64,000 bases of DNA from Alphaproteobacteria bacterium (GTDB taxonomy: Bacteria > Pseudomonadota > Alphaproteobacteria > MPNO01): NCBI GenBank assembly GCA_963667285.1, contig OY763326.1:4152030-4216029 (forward strand). Reading direction: 5' to 3'. The notes beneath the pieces were generated by a model. That model saw only the letters and a program-made list of their open reading frames with translations, was not told where the DNA came from and did no database searches. This document shows, in pieces, positions 61,034-64,000 of this stretch (position 1 is its first letter; each line of letters starts with the position of its first letter). Position numbers and translations under genes: made by a program.

Positions 61034-62431
61034 ATGGCCCGGCACTCCTTCGACATCGCCGTGATCGGCGGCGGCCCCGGCGGCTACGTCGCGGCGATCC
61101 GCGCCGCCCAGCTCGGCATGAAGGCCTGCGTGGTCGAGCGCGAGCAGCTCGGCGGGATCTGCCTCAACTGGGGCTGCATTCCGACCAAGGCGCTGCTGCG
61201 GACCTCGGAAATCAACCATCTGCTCGGCCAGCTCGACTCCTTCGGCTTCGCCGCGGACGGGGTCGCCTTCGACCTTCAGAAGATCGTCAGGCGCTCGCGC
61301 GACGTTGCCGGACGGCTGAGCGCCGGGATCGGCCATTTGATGAAGAAGAACGGGGTAGAGGTCATCGAAGGGCAGGGCAGGCTGGCGGGCGGCGGGCAGG
61401 TGGCGGTGGAGCGCGACGGCGCGCTCGCCGAGGAGATCGCCGCGCCCCGCATCGTACTCGCCACGGGCGCGCGGGCGCGGACCCTGCCCGGGCTCGAGCC
61501 GGACGGCGAACGGGTCTGGACCTATCGCGAGGCCATGGTGCCGCCCGCCATGCCCGCCTCCCTGCTGGTGATCGGATCGGGAGCGATCGGCATCGAGTTC
61601 GCGAGTTTCTACCGCGACCTCGGCGCCGAGGTCGCGGTGGTCGAGATCCTGGACCGTATTCTTCCGGTAGAAGACGAAGAAATCTCTGCACTAGCCAGAA
61701 AAGCTTTTGAAAAGCAGGGAATGGAAATCCTTACCGGCGCCGCGGTGAGCGGTCTGGAACGCCGGGGCGAGGGCGTCCGGGCGGCGATCGAGGCGGGCGG
61801 CGAGACCCGTGAAATCGACGTCGAAAAGGCGATCCTGGCGGTCGGGATCGTCGGCAATGTGGAGGACATCGGGCTCGAAGGAAGCGGCGTCGAAGTCGAT
61901 CGCGGCCACGTCGTCGTCAACCGCTGGTGCGAGACGGGCGAGACCGGCGTCTACGCGATCGGCGATTTGGTCGGGCCGCCCTGGCTGGCCCACAAGGCGA
62001 GCCACGAGGGGGTGATCTGCGTCGAACGCATCGCCGGTATCGAGACCCGTCCGCTCGAGGTTTCGCGCATCCCGGGCTGCACCTATTGCCGGCCGCAGGT
62101 GGCGAGTATCGGCCTCACCGAGGCGGCGGCCAGGGCGGAGGGCCGCGAGGTCAGGATCGGCCGTTTCCCCTGTCTCGCGAACGGCAAGGCGATCGCGCTC
62201 GGCGATGACGAGGGGCTGGTCAAGACGGTGTTCGACGCGGCGACCGGCGAGCTGCTCGGCGCGCACATGATCGGCGCCGAGGTGACCGAGCTGATCCAGG
62301 GCTTCGCCATCGCGAAGACGCTGGAGACCACCGAGGCGGAGCTCATGGAGACGGTTTTCCCGCACCCGACGCTGTCCGAGATGATGCACGAGTCGGTGCT
62401 TGACGCTTACGGGCGGGCTCTTCATTTCTAG
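61034..62431 (+). CDS. lpdA: Dihydrolipoamide dehydrogenase
   Basis: GGGPGG, CLNWGCIPTK, HPTLSE. Confidence 0.97.
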   Translation: MARHSFDIAVIGGGPGGYVAAIRAAQLGMKACVVEREQLGGICLNWGCIPTKALLRTSEINHLLGQLDSFGFAADGVAFDLQKIVRRSRDVAGRLSAGIGHLMKKNGVEVIEGQGRLAGGGQVAVERDGALAEEIAAPRIVLATGARARTLPGLEPDGERVWTYREAMVPPAMPASLLVIGSGAIGIEFASFYRDLGAEVAVVEILDRILPVEDEEISALARKAFEKQGMEILTGAAVSGLERRGEGVRAAIEAGGETREIDVEKAILAVGIVGNVEDIGLEGSGVEVDRGHVVVNRWCETGETGVYAIGDLVGPPWLAHKASHEGVICVERIAGIETRPLEVSRIPGCTYCRPQVASIGLTEAAARAEGREVRIGRFPCLANGKAIALGDDEGLVKTVFDAATGELLGAHMIGAEVTELIQGFAIAKTLETTEAELMETVFPHPTLSEMMHESVLDAYGRALHF

Positions 62432-62446
62432 ATCGACGGCTATGCA

Positions 62447-63397
62447 GTGGCCCCGATGACCGGCACAAGCCCAACCGCGACCATCCGCCATCCCGAAAAG
62501 ATCGGCCGCGAGGACGCCCCGATCCCGCGCAAGCCGCCGTGGATCCGCGTGCGCGCGCCGGTCTCGCCGGTCTTCGGCGAGACCCGCGGCGTCATGCGCG
62601 AGCTCGGGCTGACCACGGTGTGCGAGGAAGCGGCGTGCCCCAATATCGGCGAGTGCTGGGCCCAGCGCCATGCCACGATGATGATCCTCGGTGCCGTCTG
62701 CACCCGCGCCTGCGCGTTCTGCAACGTCGCGACCGGGCTGCCGGACCGTGTCGATCCGGACGAGCCGGGGCGGGTCGCCGAGGCGGTCGCAAGGCTCGGT
62801 CTGCGCCATGTCGTCATCACCTCGGTCGACCGCGACGATCTCGACGATGGCGGGGCAGGGCATTTCGCGCGCGTCATCGGCGCCATCCGGGCGCTGGACC
62901 CGGAAACCAGCATCGAGGTGCTGACGCCCGATTTCCTGAGAAAGGACGGGGCCGTCGAACAGGTGGTCGAGGCCCGTCCGGACGTCTATAACCACAACCT
63001 GGAGACCGTGCCGAGGCTGTATCCGACGGTGCGGCCGGGGGCGCGGTACTTTCACTCCCTGAAGCTGCTCGACCGGGTGAAGCAGCTCGACCCGTCGATG
63101 TTCACCAAGTCAGGGCTGATGGTCGGGCTCGGCGAGAGCCGCGAGGAGGTGCACCAGGTGATGGACGACCTGCGCGCCGCGGATGTCGACTTCCTGACCG
63201 TCGGCCAGTACCTCCAGCCGACGCCCAAGCATCACCCGATCGACCGGTTCTGGGAGCCCGGTGAGTTCGAGGAGCTGGCCAGGATGGCCAGGGGGAAGGG
63301 CTTCCTGATGGTGTCGGCGACGCCGCTCACCCGCTCGTCCTATCACGCCGACCGCGACTTCGAGGCGCTGCGCGCGGCGCGCCGGGCGTCCGGCTGA
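62447..63397 (+). CDS. lipA: Lipoyl synthase
   Basis: [26 protein letters not shown]. Confidence 0.97.
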   Translation: MAPMTGTSPTATIRHPEKIGREDAPIPRKPPWIRVRAPVSPVFGETRGVMRELGLTTVCEEAACPNIGECWAQRHATMMILGAVCTRACAFCNVATGLPDRVDPDEPGRVAEAVARLGLRHVVITSVDRDDLDDGGAGHFARVIGAIRALDPETSIEVLTPDFLRKDGAVEQVVEARPDVYNHNLETVPRLYPTVRPGARYFHSLKLLDRVKQLDPSMFTKSGLMVGLGESREEVHQVMDDLRAADVDFLTVGQYLQPTPKHHPIDRFWEPGEFEELARMARGKGFLMVSATPLTRSSYHADRDFEALRAARRASG

Positions 63398-63401
63398 CCA
63401 G

Positions 63402-63884
63402 ATGCCGAGCCACGCCGAACGCCGCTACGCCGCCTACGCGCCGGCCCAGATCTACGAGCTGGTGGCCGATGTCGAGAGCTATCCGGCCTTCCTGCCCTGG
63501 TGCACCGGCTGCCGCATATACAGCCGCGAGGGCAACGTGCTGCACGCCAACCTCAGGGTCGGCTTCAAGATGGTGAGCGAGAGCTTCAGGTCGCGGGTGA
63601 CGCTGGACCCGGTCGAACGCATCGACATCGCCTATCTCGACGGGCCGTTCCGCTATCTCGACAGCCGCTGGCAATTCAGCCCCAGGGACGATGGCTGCGT
63701 GATCGACTTCTTCATCGATTTCGAGTTCCGCTCGATGCTGCTGCGCAAGATCATTGGACCGCTGTTCAACGAGGTGGTCCGGCGCAGCGTCGCCGCCTTC
63801 ATCGCGCGGGCGGATACGCTTTACGGCTCCGCGAGGGTGGGCGGCGCGCCCGGCCGGCGGGCCGCCTCCGCCATTCAGAAATAG
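63402..63884 (+). CDS. ratA: RatA/PasT (Coq10/START-domain) protein
   Basis: LVADVESYPAFLPWC, GPFRYL, FEFRS. Confidence 0.88.
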   Translation: MPSHAERRYAAYAPAQIYELVADVESYPAFLPWCTGCRIYSREGNVLHANLRVGFKMVSESFRSRVTLDPVERIDIAYLDGPFRYLDSRWQFSPRDDGCVIDFFIDFEFRSMLLRKIIGPLFNEVVRRSVAAFIARADTLYGSARVGGAPGRRAASAIQK

Positions 63885-64000
63885 ATCAGGCCCTCGATCC
63901 GTTCGACCGGATCGCGCGCCGCCCGGCGCAACCGCGGCAGGTTCGCGGCTGCGATCGCGGCGAGCACGGAATCCAACGCATCGCCGCCCGGGTCGTCGGC
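63875..64000 (-). CDS. 3' end of a minus-strand gene, possibly DUF429-like (partial)
   Basis: Open frame ADDPGGDALDSVLAAIAAA...IEGLIYF*; family assignment from recalled motif only. Confidence 0.45.
   Translation of the reverse strand, partial: ADDPGGDALDSVLAAIAAANLPRLRRAARDPVERIEGLIYF

Noticed and set aside
63402-63884. RatA as a toxin-antitoxin defence system
   Set aside because: No ratB partner adjacent; position after lipA is the usual Coq10-like housekeeping context.

Overview
High-GC alphaproteobacterial (Rhodospirillales-like) chromosome, almost entirely conserved housekeeping synteny: nuoH-N, birA, coaX, rnj, DUF1467, tag plus a nucleoside-type ABC transporter, proS, lolE/D, dnaE, rpsB-tsf-pyrH-frr-uppS-cdsA-dxr-rseP-bamA-skp-lpxD-fabZ-lpxA-lpxI-lpxB-gloA, gltA, gltX, comEC, lexA, moeA, moaC, trpC, trpD, ppiD, tpiA, secG, pyrG, kdsA, eno, ftsB, pdhABC-lpdA-lipA-ratA. 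Two insertions interrupt this backbone. (1) A 268-bp CTAG-flanked palindromic element sits in the lpxA/lpxI overlap. It has 35-bp TIRs and two arms carrying the same 52-nt structural motif on opposite strands, with identical loops and fully compensatory stems. Its right end supplies a new in-frame ATG and rebuilds the 11-nt start/stop overlap for lpxI. (2) A complete 2750-bp IS21-family element with a 6-bp TSD splits gloA. It carries a structured 5' hairpin, a candidate outward promoter and an in-frame TTG for the 3' gloA half. No rRNA, tRNA or CRISPR array was seen. Gene calls rest on motif recognition and synteny only; no database searches were run.
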